Origin: Candidatus Omnitrophota bacterium
Lineage (GTDB): Bacteria > Omnitrophota > Gorgyraeia > B26-G9
Direction: 5' to 3'
NCBI GenBank assembly: GCA_043805415.1
Contig: JAZDHZ010000036.1
Span: forward strand, 4,194-68,193
Length of the DNA: 64,000 bases
Notes under the pieces: generated by a model
Told to the model about the DNA's origin: nothing
Seen by the model: only the letters and a program-made list of their open reading frames with translations
Database searches by the model: none
Position numbers and translations under genes: made by a program
Part shown: positions 18,072 to 27,562 of the stretch, in pieces
Numbering within the stretch: the stretch's first letter is position 1
Layout of the letters: each line of letters begins with the position of its first letter

Positions 18072-18929
18072 TTAGTTATTATTGATTATTTTGGGGAATG
18101 TTGCTGCTGCAACTGAAATCACATAAAAGCCCACAGACAATAAAACGATTGTCGCACCGGAGGCAGTGCCCCAATAATAGGATACCACCAACCCGATAAC
18201 TCCTGAAACAAGACTAAAAACAACTGACCAGAATGTGTAATCGCGGGTATTGCGGCTGAAATTACGGCTGGCCGCGGCTGGTAAAATCAGCAAGGAATTA
18301 ATAATCAGCACTCCCACTAAACGAATTGAAAGCATCACTACTATAGCCAGCAATATCGTAAAGCTTGTTTCCAGCCAAAACACTTTTATCCGCCGGCTGC
18401 GGGCTAAGGAGCTGTTCACGCTGGTAAGAATCAAAGCATTTCCCGCGAAAAACCAATAAACCAGCACAATAAAAAACATGCTTACCAGAAACCTGATCTC
18501 CGCGGGGCTGACCGCGAGAATATCTCCGATAAGATAGGTTGTGTATTTTACAAATCCTCCCTGACGGCTTAAGATCGTTATTCCCAAAGCTACCATAAAC
18601 GCGAGTAACACTCCGAGAATTGTATCAGTGGAAGCGCGGGTCAGTCCTTTGAGGATATTAACAAAAACCGCCAAAAATACAGCCAGAATAATCATCGGCA
18701 AAGTCGGGTCATGAAACCCGCATAAAACTCCGATAGCCAGCCCGGCAAGCGCCGAATGGCCAAGCACATCGGTAAAAAAAGCCAGCCGATTGCTGACAAC
18801 CATGGTGCCGAGCAAAGCATAAACCGGAGTAATTACCAGTACAGCCAAAAGCGCGTTTTTCATAAAAATATAACGCGCCCAATCAAAAGGCAGAAACATA
18901 TCAACTAACTTATACCAGATCTCGATCAT
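18072..18929 (-). CDS. znuB: ABC-3 family metal (Zn/Mn) transporter permease, ZnuB-like.
   Basis: ~285 aa polytopic membrane protein in an operon with the ZnuC-like ATPase and the ZnuA-like binding protein. Confidence 0.82.
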   Translation of the reverse strand: MIEIWYKLVDMFLPFDWARYIFMKNALLAVLVITPVYALLGTMVVSNRLAFFTDVLGHSALAGLAIGVLCGFHDPTLPMIILAVFLAVFVNILKGLTRASTDTILGVLLAFMVALGITILSRQGGFVKYTTYLIGDILAVSPAEIRFLVSMFFIVLVYWFFAGNALILTSVNSSLARSRRIKVFWLETSFTILLAIVVMLSIRLVGVLIINSLLILPAAASRNFSRNTRDYTFWSVVFSLVSGVIGLVVSYYWGTASGATIVLLSVGFYVISVAAATFPKIINNN

Positions 18930-19735
18930 AATGGCCTTTCAAAATATAATTCCGGCAAAGAAGAAATATTCCATAAACTTGGACCAAATGCCTTAATCAG
19001 CTTCTCATCGGATAGAACATCTTTCGGCGCGCCTTCAGCCACAACCGATTGATTTAACAGTACAACCCGGTCAACATAACGCGAAATACCCGGCAAATCA
19101 TGGGTAACCAGAATCACTGAAATATCATGCTGTTTTCTTAAATCGCGCACAAGCTGATAAAAAAGCGCCAGGCCTTTTACATCAACCCCGCTGCTCGGCT
19201 CATCTAATAATAACAATTCCGGCCTGTTAGTCATCGCTATGGCCAGCAAAACCCGCTGCAGCTCTCCTCCGGATAATTCTCCGATCTTTCGCTTGATTAA
19301 ATGATCCGCGGAAAATACTTCCAGAATCTTTTTTATATCCTCGATAATTTTCCAGCTAAGCCCCAGCCAAACCGGCTGATTGCTTATTGCCGCGGCAACT
19401 AAATCCGCGACACTGACCGGAGAATCCAGATCAAACTGGAGTTTTTGCGGAACATAACCCATGCGCGGCCTGCGGCGCTGGCCTCCGCCGACAAGAGAAA
19501 CCATTTCTCCGCGATATGGCACTTCGCCTAAGATCGCCCTGAGCAAACTTGTTTTTCCCGCGCCATTTGGCCCGACAATCGCGATGATTTCTCCGCAATG
19601 AATATGCAGGTCAACATTATTTAAAATCAGATTGCCGCCAAGATTAACTGTCAGGCCATTAATCTTGATACAGCAATGCGGGCAAACCGCGGCGCTGGCA
19701 GGCAGAGAATGATTTTGATTATTGGGAGAAGGCAT
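18926..19735 (-). CDS. znuC: Metal ABC transporter ATP-binding protein, ZnuC-like.
   Basis: Walker A GPNGAGKT, LSGGELQRV signature, LLLDEP Walker B. The N-terminal Cys/His-containing extension is uncertain. Confidence 0.82.
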   Translation of the reverse strand: MPSPNNQNHSLPASAAVCPHCCIKINGLTVNLGGNLILNNVDLHIHCGEIIAIVGPNGAGKTSLLRAILGEVPYRGEMVSLVGGGQRRRPRMGYVPQKLQFDLDSPVSVADLVAAAISNQPVWLGLSWKIIEDIKKILEVFSADHLIKRKIGELSGGELQRVLLAIAMTNRPELLLLDEPSSGVDVKGLALFYQLVRDLRKQHDISVILVTHDLPGISRYVDRVVLLNQSVVAEGAPKDVLSDEKLIKAFGPSLWNISSLPELYFERPL

Positions 19736-20624
19736 TTTTTAAAACCTCAAGATTTTTTTCCATAATATTTATATAAGCATTAAGCTCATCAGGCCCGATA
19801 ACCGCCGGATCCAAAGTATAAACCATCGCTCCGGTCTCATTGGCAATTGTTCTGGCTGCCCTGCCGGGATATTGCGGCTCGCTAAACAGTGCTTTAATCC
19901 CGGCTTTTTTAATAATATCCACTGTGTCCGCCAATTCCCTGGCGCTGGGTTCACTTCCCGGCTCTCTTTCAATAACCGCCGCGATCTCAAATCCAAACTC
20001 CTGGGCAAAATAAGGAAATGCTTCATGAAAGGTAATAATCTTTCTTCCTCTATACTTTGCCAGCTCCAATCGCATTTTCTGTAGCAGTGTTTTTAATTTA
20101 GCTACATACTCAGCTGTATTCTTACGGTATATCTGCGCGTGCGCAGGGTCGATTTTTCCCAAATTAGTACCAAGATTATTAACTTCTATAATCGCGTTAG
20201 AAATACTCACCCAGACATGCGGATTATCGCCTTCACCGCCTTCGCCTTTAATCAGCGGGATGCCCTCGGCTAACTGGAATATCTTTATTTGAGGATATTG
20301 AGTAATTATCCGGTTAAGAAAAGATTCCATGCCCGCGCCATTCGCCACAAAAATATCCGCCCCGGACAATTTCTTCATATCATTGGTTGTTATTGTATAA
20401 TCATGCAGACATCCGGTCAGCGGAGGCGTAAGGTTAGTAACTACCACCCCCGGCACATCCTTGGCCACATTCCGCGCCATGATATACATGGGATAAAAAG
20501 ACGCGACAATCTTAAGCGGCTTGCCCTTTGCCTTATCCAAAGATTGGGCGCGCGCGATTAACCCAGACGAAAATACTATTATACTCCCGAAAATTAAACA
20601 TATTGCTATGGTTTTTTTAAGCAT
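19719..20624 (-). CDS. znuA: Periplasmic metal-binding protein of the TroA/ZnuA family.
   Basis: Signal peptide, TroA-like fold motifs, and an acidic/His flexible region GEGGEGDNPHVW. The start was set at the Met preceded by AGGAGG. Confidence 0.82.
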   Translation of the reverse strand: MLKKTIAICLIFGSIIVFSSGLIARAQSLDKAKGKPLKIVASFYPMYIMARNVAKDVPGVVVTNLTPPLTGCLHDYTITTNDMKKLSGADIFVANGAGMESFLNRIITQYPQIKIFQLAEGIPLIKGEGGEGDNPHVWVSISNAIIEVNNLGTNLGKIDPAHAQIYRKNTAEYVAKLKTLLQKMRLELAKYRGRKIITFHEAFPYFAQEFGFEIAAVIEREPGSEPSARELADTVDIIKKAGIKALFSEPQYPGRAARTIANETGAMVYTLDPAVIGPDELNAYINIMEKNLEVLKNAFSQ

Positions 20625-20876
20625 AACTTGCCTCCTATTACGTATTCTCCAGCTGTCTGGTCGGCACACGATGATTTATAAAAACTTCTGTTGGTACAGT
20701 AGTTATCCAAAACGCTTTTTTTCTTTTTTTTCTATTTGGACTACTTTGGCATTATGCACAGTAATCACTAGTTCCCCATACTCCAATTGACTGAGGGCAC
20801 GGGTAATTTCATTCATTATATTTTGATCTGGGGATTTATTATTACTTTTTTCTATCATATTAAATACTTTTCGAAA

Positions 20877-21446
20877 TTATATCTTTTTTCCAACCTGAGC
20901 TTTATTTATGTAAAAAAGCGTATCCAGTCGTTTTTGTCCATCTTCATCAATAAACTGTTCTTTAGTGAAATGAAATATTCCGGTTACTTCCACCAAAGCC
21001 GGAAAAGGCGGCGAAATATTTTTGCCTTCATTCATATCAACTATAACAGCATTAAATATACTCGGGGGATTTCCCCAACTACAGCACGGACAACCATAGG
21101 CATTTTTGCACACAACAAAATTGTTAACCGGATCATTAATATAATAGGCTTCTGGCGGCAGCAAAAGATATCCTGTAATTTTGACCAGTTTACCGTTTAA
21201 TGCTTGAATATTCTGGGGAATCTCTTTTAAGTCAGACTCATCCTCATTAACATACTTTTCTACTTGCCCTAATAAATTAAAATCAATATTAATAATATCC
21301 TGTTTAACCGGCAAAACCTCTTTATTAGAAGCGCCCAAGGCCAATCCATTACAAACGGCTATTAAAAAAATAAACGCAGCGATAAATGTCCGGATATAAT
21401 TGTTTGGGTTTTTAATTTTTAAGTAAATCAACTTTTTTCCTGCCAT
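20877..21446 (-). CDS. Secreted DUF3299-like protein, a family often adjacent to metal ABC transporters.
   Basis: N-terminal signal/TM. The segment KITGYLLLPPEAYY...CPCCSWG resembles the DUF3299 core. Confidence 0.45.
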   Translation of the reverse strand: MAGKKLIYLKIKNPNNYIRTFIAAFIFLIAVCNGLALGASNKEVLPVKQDIINIDFNLLGQVEKYVNEDESDLKEIPQNIQALNGKLVKITGYLLLPPEAYYINDPVNNFVVCKNAYGCPCCSWGNPPSIFNAVIVDMNEGKNISPPFPALVEVTGIFHFTKEQFIDEDGQKRLDTLFYINKAQVGKKI

Positions 21447-22038
21447 GGCTTTCCTTAGGATAATATTTTTGTTCTTCCTGTTCTATTTGTTTTACTTTAA
21501 CCACATTCCCTAATTCTTGATATGACCTTAAAAGTATCGTAAGCGCGCCGCGGTGATAATTCAGGAAATCGCCAGTAGTTGTTTTCCCTTTGTCCGGACC
21601 CGCGACTCTTATTTGTTCAAAATACGGTAAAGCTCTGGCAAATTCTTTTTTCGTGAAATAAGCCATACCCAGATCAAAACAAGCCCCTTTATTCATCGGA
21701 TTTAAAGAAACCACTTTTTCATACGTTGCGATCGCTTCATCTATCTCTCCGTTTTGCTCATAAGCATATCCTAATGATTTCAATGCCGGAATATTTTTCC
21801 GGTCAATAAAAACAATTTTCTTACACACGCGTATCGCGTTATTATAAGAACCGCCATTAAAATACGCGGCTACCCGCGTAAGCATCTGTTGGATTATAAA
21901 CGGCCTTAAAACCAACAACAGTCCTGAAATAATAAACACGCTCATTACCCAACGTATAATCAAACCGGAAAAACGATGACCATGAGCATGCCCACAAGCG
22001 CAGCCTTTTGAATGAGTTTTATGTTCCATATTATTCAC
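21412..22038 (-). CDS. Membrane-anchored TPR-repeat protein with an N-terminal His/Cys-rich metal-binding tail.
   Basis: HKTHSKGCACGHAHGH, one TM helix, then TPR-like repeats (AYEQNGEIDEAIATYEKVVSLNP...). Confidence 0.55.
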   Translation of the reverse strand: MNNMEHKTHSKGCACGHAHGHRFSGLIIRWVMSVFIISGLLLVLRPFIIQQMLTRVAAYFNGGSYNNAIRVCKKIVFIDRKNIPALKSLGYAYEQNGEIDEAIATYEKVVSLNPMNKGACFDLGMAYFTKKEFARALPYFEQIRVAGPDKGKTTTGDFLNYHRGALTILLRSYQELGNVVKVKQIEQEEQKYYPKESHGRKKVDLLKN

Positions 22039-22772
22039 GCGATCATTAAGAGAAATAAACCGGAAACTATCAAAATATTCCCGGCAACAAAACTTATGGC
22101 TTCTTCCAGTTTCTGCGTCCGCGGCCTTATATGCTTTAGGATGCTGGTCGAAAATCCAATCACTAATATCGGGATACTTTGGCCTAGCGCGAAACTAAAA
22201 AAAACCAAGCCTGAATAAAGTAATGAGCCTTTAATCACAACCAAACTGGCTATGACCATTAACACTGCCCCGCAACAAGGACATGCCGGCATTTCCAGAA
22301 AAGCAAACAGCATCCCAAAGATAAATGCCGAATGAAGATTATTTGCCTGCTTTACGGTTGCCGCGCAATGTTTATAAAACCCACTTTTCCCTATAGGAAT
22401 CAGCCCGGAAAAAAACAATCCGCCGCTAATTAATAAAATGCCTAAAGTAAAATAAAGATATTGACTGATCTGAATAAGTTTTCCGGCTAAACCGGAAACA
22501 GTTCCAAATAATAATCCAAGTATCGTGTAACTTACAATCAGCCCGCAGGCAAATGCTGTCGAAAGAAATATCCCTTTCTTTTTCGACTCGGATGTTGCCG
22601 CTACATATCCCCATAGTACCGGAATCCGGGCGATTGTGCAGGAACTCAATGAAGCAACCGCGCCGGCAAAAGCAACCGCGAGCAAAACCACAGGCAATGA
22701 GCCGTGAGCAATTATATTTTGAATAAAAGCAATCAATGAAACCCCCGCACAAATACAATTCCTATATCCCAA
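22035..22772 (-). CDS. DsbD/CcdA-family polytopic membrane protein (thiol-disulfide transporter-like).
   Basis: Six or more TM helices with Cys in TM1 (SSCTIARIP) and a later PACPCC, as in the DsbD_2/CcdA family. Confidence 0.55.
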   Translation of the reverse strand: MGYRNCICAGVSLIAFIQNIIAHGSLPVVLLAVAFAGAVASLSSCTIARIPVLWGYVAATSESKKKGIFLSTAFACGLIVSYTILGLLFGTVSGLAGKLIQISQYLYFTLGILLISGGLFFSGLIPIGKSGFYKHCAATVKQANNLHSAFIFGMLFAFLEMPACPCCGAVLMVIASLVVIKGSLLYSGLVFFSFALGQSIPILVIGFSTSILKHIRPRTQKLEEAISFVAGNILIVSGLFLLMIA

Positions 22773-22915
22773 AAATCCTCTTTTCTCATTTACACTTTTT
22801 CCTAATTCTCATAACCGCTGATTTAAGCATAATCCTCACCCATTTCCAGCCCTTAATTAGAATAGCCCCGTAAAACAAACCGCATAATCCTGTATTCCCA
22901 CAATATTGACACATA

Positions 22916-23332
22916 TCAGCGCTTTTTGGTTAACTCATTAAAAATTTTTTCAGAAACAAATTCCGCGAGTGAATAGTTGCCCGATACCACGACAACCTCC
23001 GAATGGCCTTGATTGACAGGATTAACGAGTATGCAAACTTCAGTGGTATCAATACAGGAATGAAACGATCTGTCAAAACGTTGCGCGACAATCAGAGAAC
23101 GTTTTATATCCTTTTTTATTATTTCGGACTGCATTACTTCTAATATTTTTAGCGTTTTCTCAAATACAGCTTCGCTGCCGGCAGCAAATTCATGCGTATA
23201 TTTTTTCTCAGCATTAGCTATATCGCCAATGGTATATATGCCCAAGAATTCTTGCCGAAGCTCCATCGCAGAACACCCTGAAACAATACCAAACAATCCC
23301 ACCAATAAAATAATTCTAAAATCTGTTTTCAT
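22916..23332 (-). CDS. Predicted lipoprotein of unknown function.
   Basis: Signal peptide with a lipobox-like VSGC. Confidence 0.45.
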   Translation of the reverse strand: MKTDFRIILLVGLFGIVSGCSAMELRQEFLGIYTIGDIANAEKKYTHEFAAGSEAVFEKTLKILEVMQSEIIKKDIKRSLIVAQRFDRSFHSCIDTTEVCILVNPVNQGHSEVVVVSGNYSLAEFVSEKIFNELTKKR

Positions 23333-23389
23333 GATAGACTCTCCATCATAAAATGAAAATAACTTCTATTCAGAAATCAAAAAAATTCT

Positions 23390-23803
23390 TTACTTAAAGC
23401 AAGCGTCACATATGCCGTTAACCTGCATAAAATGGCTAACAACTCTATAACCATTGATCTTCTTGGTGTCATTAATCGCGCAATCATTGATTTCGTCAAC
23501 CTTGCCGCACTTAATACAAGTGATATGATGATGGTGGTAACCGCTGTTAACAGCTGAACAAAGCCCGTAATGCTTCTTGCGATCGAATTGTTGTATACGT
23601 GTTAGGATTCCGCAATTAGCAAGACTCTCAAGATTTCGGTATACGCTCGGCAACCCGCATTGATCAAAATCCTTGCGCAATTCATTCCAGACTTCTTCGG
23701 GTGTTAAATGGCTATCGCAGTAAATAAATAACTCAACAATCGCTTTTCTGCGGGGTGTTAGCTTTAACCCATTCTCTCTTAATCTCTCTAAATAGTTATC
23801 CAT
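23390..23803 (-). CDS. zur: Fur-family metalloregulator, probably Zur.
   Basis: Winged HTH plus HHHHxxCxxCG and a C-terminal CxxC. The start was set at MDNYLERL, preceded by AAGGA. It heads a divergent locus with znuABC nearby. Confidence 0.82.
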   Translation of the reverse strand: MDNYLERLRENGLKLTPRRKAIVELFIYCDSHLTPEEVWNELRKDFDQCGLPSVYRNLESLANCGILTRIQQFDRKKHYGLCSAVNSGYHHHHITCIKCGKVDEINDCAINDTKKINGYRVVSHFMQVNGICDACFK

Positions 23804-24035
23804 GTTTTTCCTTAAATAGAAATTATTTCTGTTTATAATATCACCTAAAAAACACCTTGTCAATTAAATTAAGTTTGTTTTTAGCTTTGTTCGCTCAGTG
23901 TCCAAACTGGCAAAATAAAACCCTTGCAACTTATTACGTTACAGGCTTAGAATTTGACTCCCCAAAAATACAAAACGTATTTACCCCAATTTATGAGAAG
24001 CTTAAAAATTCCCCCATCATCTTTGACAAAGTTCG

Positions 24036-24140
24036 CTTTTCATGCTTTTGTTTTTCTGCTTTTGACCATCAGCCATCGACTATTAGCTATAAGCCAAGCG
24101 TTTTAAGCTTTTGTTTTTCTAAACGCTATACGCTATCCGC
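24036..24140. repeat. Composite intergenic repeat element, copy B (TTTTCTG-type, AGCYAT-type and CGCTAWW-type heptamers with the shared core).
   Basis: TTTTGTTTTTCTGCTTTTG...TTTTAAGCTTTTGTTTTTCTAAACGCTATACGCTATCCGCTATACGCTG matches copies A and C. Confidence 0.8.
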
Positions 24141-24162
24141 TATACGCTGCTTTCTTGAACTC

Positions 24163-24191
24163 AACAAGTTCTTGACAAAACAATCAAAATA
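24163..24191 (+). promoter_or_regulatory. Sigma-70-like promoter (TTGACA, 17-bp spacer, TACTAT) upstream of the merR-like/parA/pilM operon.
   Basis: TTGACAaaacaatcaaaataaggTACTAT, ~60 nt upstream of ATG 24252. Confidence 0.45.
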
Positions 24192-24251
24192 AGGTACTAT
24201 TTTATTGGGTTTAGTACAAAAAGTCGCTAAATTTAACAATTATAGGAAAAA

Positions 24252-24461
24252 ATGAACCTTAAAATTAATAATCTAGCCAAAGAATTAAATGTCTCGATTC
24301 AAACCATTAAGAACTATGAGACTTGGGGGATTTTGCCTAAAGCCAGGCGCGATGAGAAAAAATGGCGCTATTATACAATAGAAGATGTTTTAAAAATAAA
24401 AGCCTTGTTTGCTGAAGAAATAAAACAAGATCTCAATAAACATAAAAAGAGAGCGCAATAA
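24252..24461 (+). CDS. Small MerR-family HTH protein (69 aa, DNA-binding domain only).
   Basis: LAKELNVSIQTIKNYETWGILP...WRYYTIEDV fits the MerR-type HTH. It is the first gene of the plus-strand pilus-machine operon. Confidence 0.55.
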   Translation: MNLKINNLAKELNVSIQTIKNYETWGILPKARRDEKKWRYYTIEDVLKIKALFAEEIKQDLNKHKKRAQ

Positions 24462-25225
24462 TGATTATTGCCGTGACCAATCAAAAAGGCGGAGTAGGAA
24501 AAACCACAACCACAATTAATTTATCTGCCTCTTTGGCTGTCCTGGGATACAGAGTATTAGTTATAGATCTGGATCCTCAGGGCAACTCTTCTGACGGCTT
24601 AGGCATTGATACAAATAAGCTGGACAATACTATTTACGACGCGCTGATAAATGATACCCCCTTAAGTGACATTATTATTCCCAATCAGCTGCGAAATCTT
24701 TTTATTGCTCCGGCGAATATCAGCCTGTCGGGAGCAGAAACTGAACTTGCCTCTGATATTTCTCGGCCGTTTAAATTAAGAAAATCGCTTCGTCCCGAAA
24801 TATCAAAATACGATTATATCATCATTGACTGTCCTCCTTCCCTGGGCATACTTACGGTCAATGCGATTGTGGCCAGTACTGATTTAGTTGTTCCGATAGA
24901 ACCCAGCAGCTATGCTTTAAAAGGCATGAGCATGTTAATGAGCACTATTCTTAAGATAAAGGATGATCTGGAACATTATGTGCGCTTTATGGGTGTGGTT
25001 ATTAATATGTATGACGAATCAATCCCTTTACATTCATCGATTACCGAGGCAATTATCGAGTATTTCACAGCCCGCAAGGTATTTAATTCAAGAATTTATC
25101 GTGACCCCAAAATACCGGAAGCGGAAATTCATGGGCAAAGCATCCAGCAATATGCCCCGGAAAATCCAGCAGCGCAGATGTTTATGGCCCTGGCAAAAGA
25201 AGTGGATAAAAAAGCAAATGAGTGA
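24461..25225 (+). CDS. parA: ParA/MinD/Soj-family P-loop ATPase. No ParB is present.
   Basis: KGGVGKTTTT deviant Walker A and IIIDCPPS. Its stop overlaps the pilM/N start by 8 nt. Confidence 0.88.
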   Translation: MIIAVTNQKGGVGKTTTTINLSASLAVLGYRVLVIDLDPQGNSSDGLGIDTNKLDNTIYDALINDTPLSDIIIPNQLRNLFIAPANISLSGAETELASDISRPFKLRKSLRPEISKYDYIIIDCPPSLGILTVNAIVASTDLVVPIEPSSYALKGMSMLMSTILKIKDDLEHYVRFMGVVINMYDESIPLHSSITEAIIEYFTARKVFNSRIYRDPKIPEAEIHGQSIQQYAPENPAAQMFMALAKEVDKKANE

Positions 25226-27032
25226 TAAAAATAAAGATAAAATCAATGAGGTTGTGAAATCGAAAATTAAAGGATTGGGCCTGGATGCTCTTTTCCATCA
25301 AGTAGATATAACTCAAAAAGATGCGCAAAAAGACACAAGGAAAAAGCCGATTAATTCACAGGATGAGCTAGCGCTTATTAAAAAAATCAGCCGCGGCGTT
25401 CCGCTTAAATATCATAATCCTTTGCCTAAGCTAATTTACACTTTCTTGGCAAATTTTAATGCTAAAAAAACTGATAATAGAATTATCCTTGATATTGGAT
25501 CTAGCAGCATCAAGATAATGATTCTAAAGTATGACAAGCAAAATATTATCCTTCAAGATGCTATTTTCATCCCAATCCCGCATATTGTCACAACAACCGA
25601 AGAAAAATTAAGTAATTTCATCAAAAAAAGCATCATGCCCATAGCCAAGAGTCCCTTATTTAAAAATTCTTCGATTCTCACGCTACTTTCCCGCAACACA
25701 ATGATTGTAAAATTCATTAGTTTGCCGACAATCGAAAAACAAGAAATAGAAAAAATGCTTTCATTTGAAGCAGAACAGCATTTGCCTTTCCCCCTTTCTG
25801 AGATTGAGATGGATTATCAGATTATTTCTCAAGATCCACCTGAGAGCAAAGTGATTCTTATTGCCGCGAAGAAATCTGTAATCAAAGAGCATCTAAACCT
25901 GCTTGAAACTTTAGGTTTATATCCAGATAGCATCAAAGTAAGTTCTATCGCGCTTTATAATAGTGCTTTATCTCGGACAAGAAAATCCGGGCTTTATCTG
26001 CAAGTACATATCGGCGCCGTACATACTGACATAAACATCATTTATAATAATCAATTGAGCTTTTGCCGAAATATTGCCTGGGGATCAAAAGACCTAACTC
26101 TGCGCTTAAGTAAAAACCTTAATCTAAGTTTTGACAATGCCCAAAAATTAAAACATGAAAACGGAATTATTATCACAAAACAAGAAGCAAATGAAATTCA
26201 AAAAAATATTTCTCTAATCTCCGCTAAATGGGCCGATGATCTTATCTTAGAAATTAATCGTACGCTAGAATCTTTTCAGATAAATACTGGTAAAAACGAC
26301 ATCCAACAGCTAAATTTGAGCGGCGGCGGAGCTTGTTTGATAAATTTCAATGAATACTTACGCGAAAAACTAAAAATAAAAACAGCAATGGAAAAGCCTT
26401 TGCCTTTAGAGGGAAACTCTTTGGTTATTAATAATTACGAGAAACATTCTCAAGAATTTCACCTTTGCACTGGACTGATAAACAAAGATCCGCAAGCTGG
26501 TTATTTAAATTTTAATCTTGTTCCTGAGAATATTAAGCATGCGATAAAAGCCAAACAACTAAAAATCAGGCATTTAACCTATATTATTATTTCATTAATT
26601 ATCGGATTGTCTTTGTTTATATTCCCAGCGTGGTTATTATCCTCAAGAGATAATCATATAAAAGATTTAGACAAACAACTAGAGGATTTAGAACCTGATT
26701 TATTAGTTGTTTCTCAATTGCGGGATCGGATTCAAACAATTGAAGATTATGTCGGGGCTAAAAACTCCTGTATGGAAGTTTTACGTGAAATCAGCATAAT
26801 TGTCCCCTATGACATAACAATCAATGATTTTGCCTTTGAAAAAAATGAATCCGTGATTCTTTCAGGCATCGCTCAATCTCATTCTTCGGTGGTAAATTTT
26901 TCTCAACAGTTAAATGAATCAGCTTCATTGACTGATGTGAAAATTGTATTTAGCAGAAAAAAAGGACTGCCTGGAGAAGAAATTATTGATTTTGAGATTT
27001 TTTGTAAAATAAAAAATAACGAGGACAAGTAA
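25218..27032 (+). CDS. PilM (actin-like ATPase fold)-PilN fusion, i.e. a GspL-like assembly protein.
   Basis: The ORF track begins at 24963 inside parA. The start was moved to MSDKNKD at 25218. An N-terminal PilM-like domain (ILDIGSSSIKIMIL...) is followed by a TM helix (LTYIIISLIIGLSLFIF) and a PilN-like coiled-coil periplasmic part. Confidence 0.8.
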   Translation: MSDKNKDKINEVVKSKIKGLGLDALFHQVDITQKDAQKDTRKKPINSQDELALIKKISRGVPLKYHNPLPKLIYTFLANFNAKKTDNRIILDIGSSSIKIMILKYDKQNIILQDAIFIPIPHIVTTTEEKLSNFIKKSIMPIAKSPLFKNSSILTLLSRNTMIVKFISLPTIEKQEIEKMLSFEAEQHLPFPLSEIEMDYQIISQDPPESKVILIAAKKSVIKEHLNLLETLGLYPDSIKVSSIALYNSALSRTRKSGLYLQVHIGAVHTDINIIYNNQLSFCRNIAWGSKDLTLRLSKNLNLSFDNAQKLKHENGIIITKQEANEIQKNISLISAKWADDLILEINRTLESFQINTGKNDIQQLNLSGGGACLINFNEYLREKLKIKTAMEKPLPLEGNSLVINNYEKHSQEFHLCTGLINKDPQAGYLNFNLVPENIKHAIKAKQLKIRHLTYIIISLIIGLSLFIFPAWLLSSRDNHIKDLDKQLEDLEPDLLVVSQLRDRIQTIEDYVGAKNSCMEVLREISIIVPYDITINDFAFEKNESVILSGIAQSHSSVVNFSQQLNESASLTDVKIVFSRKKGLPGEEIIDFEIFCKIKNNEDK

Positions 27033-27033
27033 T

Positions 27034-27561
27034 ATGCATTGGCTAAAAAGTAAACCAATCCTGGTTTTAAGCGCGAGCATCATTGCTATTATTCTGGTTT
27101 ATATCGCCATAATCAGTCCTTTTTTAACAAAATGGAAAGAACAAGATACTCAGATCAAGCAGAAATTAGCCTTGATTGAGAAAAGCCAGGAAATAATTAA
27201 GCAGCAAGGCGATTTGAATGAGTCTTATTCTATTATAAACCGAAAAATACAAGCTAAGCTGCCCTCTGAGCGAGGGCAAAGCAATTTTTTAACTGCCATT
27301 GGAGAAGTTGCCAAAAAAACAGATATTCATATTGAATCGATGAATCCGCAACCCCTAAGAGAGTTGGGGTTTTCTAATGAATTATCCGTAGAAATAAACA
27401 TGGAAGCAAATTTGGGTAATATTGTGCGCTTTCTTTATGAAATGAGAAAATCATCGGTTGTCCTGGTTGCCAACCGTTTAAAGTTACAACCTAAATCAGA
27501 ACGCTCAGCATTATTAAAAGGTCATTTGGTTATTTCAACCATATTTTTAAAGGAGCAATAA
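27034..27561 (+). CDS. PilO/GspM-like bitopic assembly protein.
   Basis: An N-terminal TM helix followed by a coiled-coil and a ferredoxin-like C-terminal region, in the position between pilN and pilP. Confidence 0.55.
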   Translation: MHWLKSKPILVLSASIIAIILVYIAIISPFLTKWKEQDTQIKQKLALIEKSQEIIKQQGDLNESYSIINRKIQAKLPSERGQSNFLTAIGEVAKKTDIHIESMNPQPLRELGFSNELSVEINMEANLGNIVRFLYEMRKSSVVLVANRLKLQPKSERSALLKGHLVISTIFLKEQ

Positions 27562-27562
27562 G

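Noticed and set aside
20700-20716. The 10-mer TAGTTATCCA shared with the zur start region, considered as a Zur box.
   Set aside because: It is not palindromic. The zur copy is simply the coding sequence for Met-Asp-Asn-Tyr. It is retained only as a low-priority note.
24963-25217. The long N-terminal extension of the pilM/N ORF in the ORF track, overlapping parA.
   Set aside because: It overlaps a well-supported ParA gene in another frame. An internal ATG at 25218 gives a standard PilM N-terminus and an 8-nt stop/start overlap typical of coupled genes.
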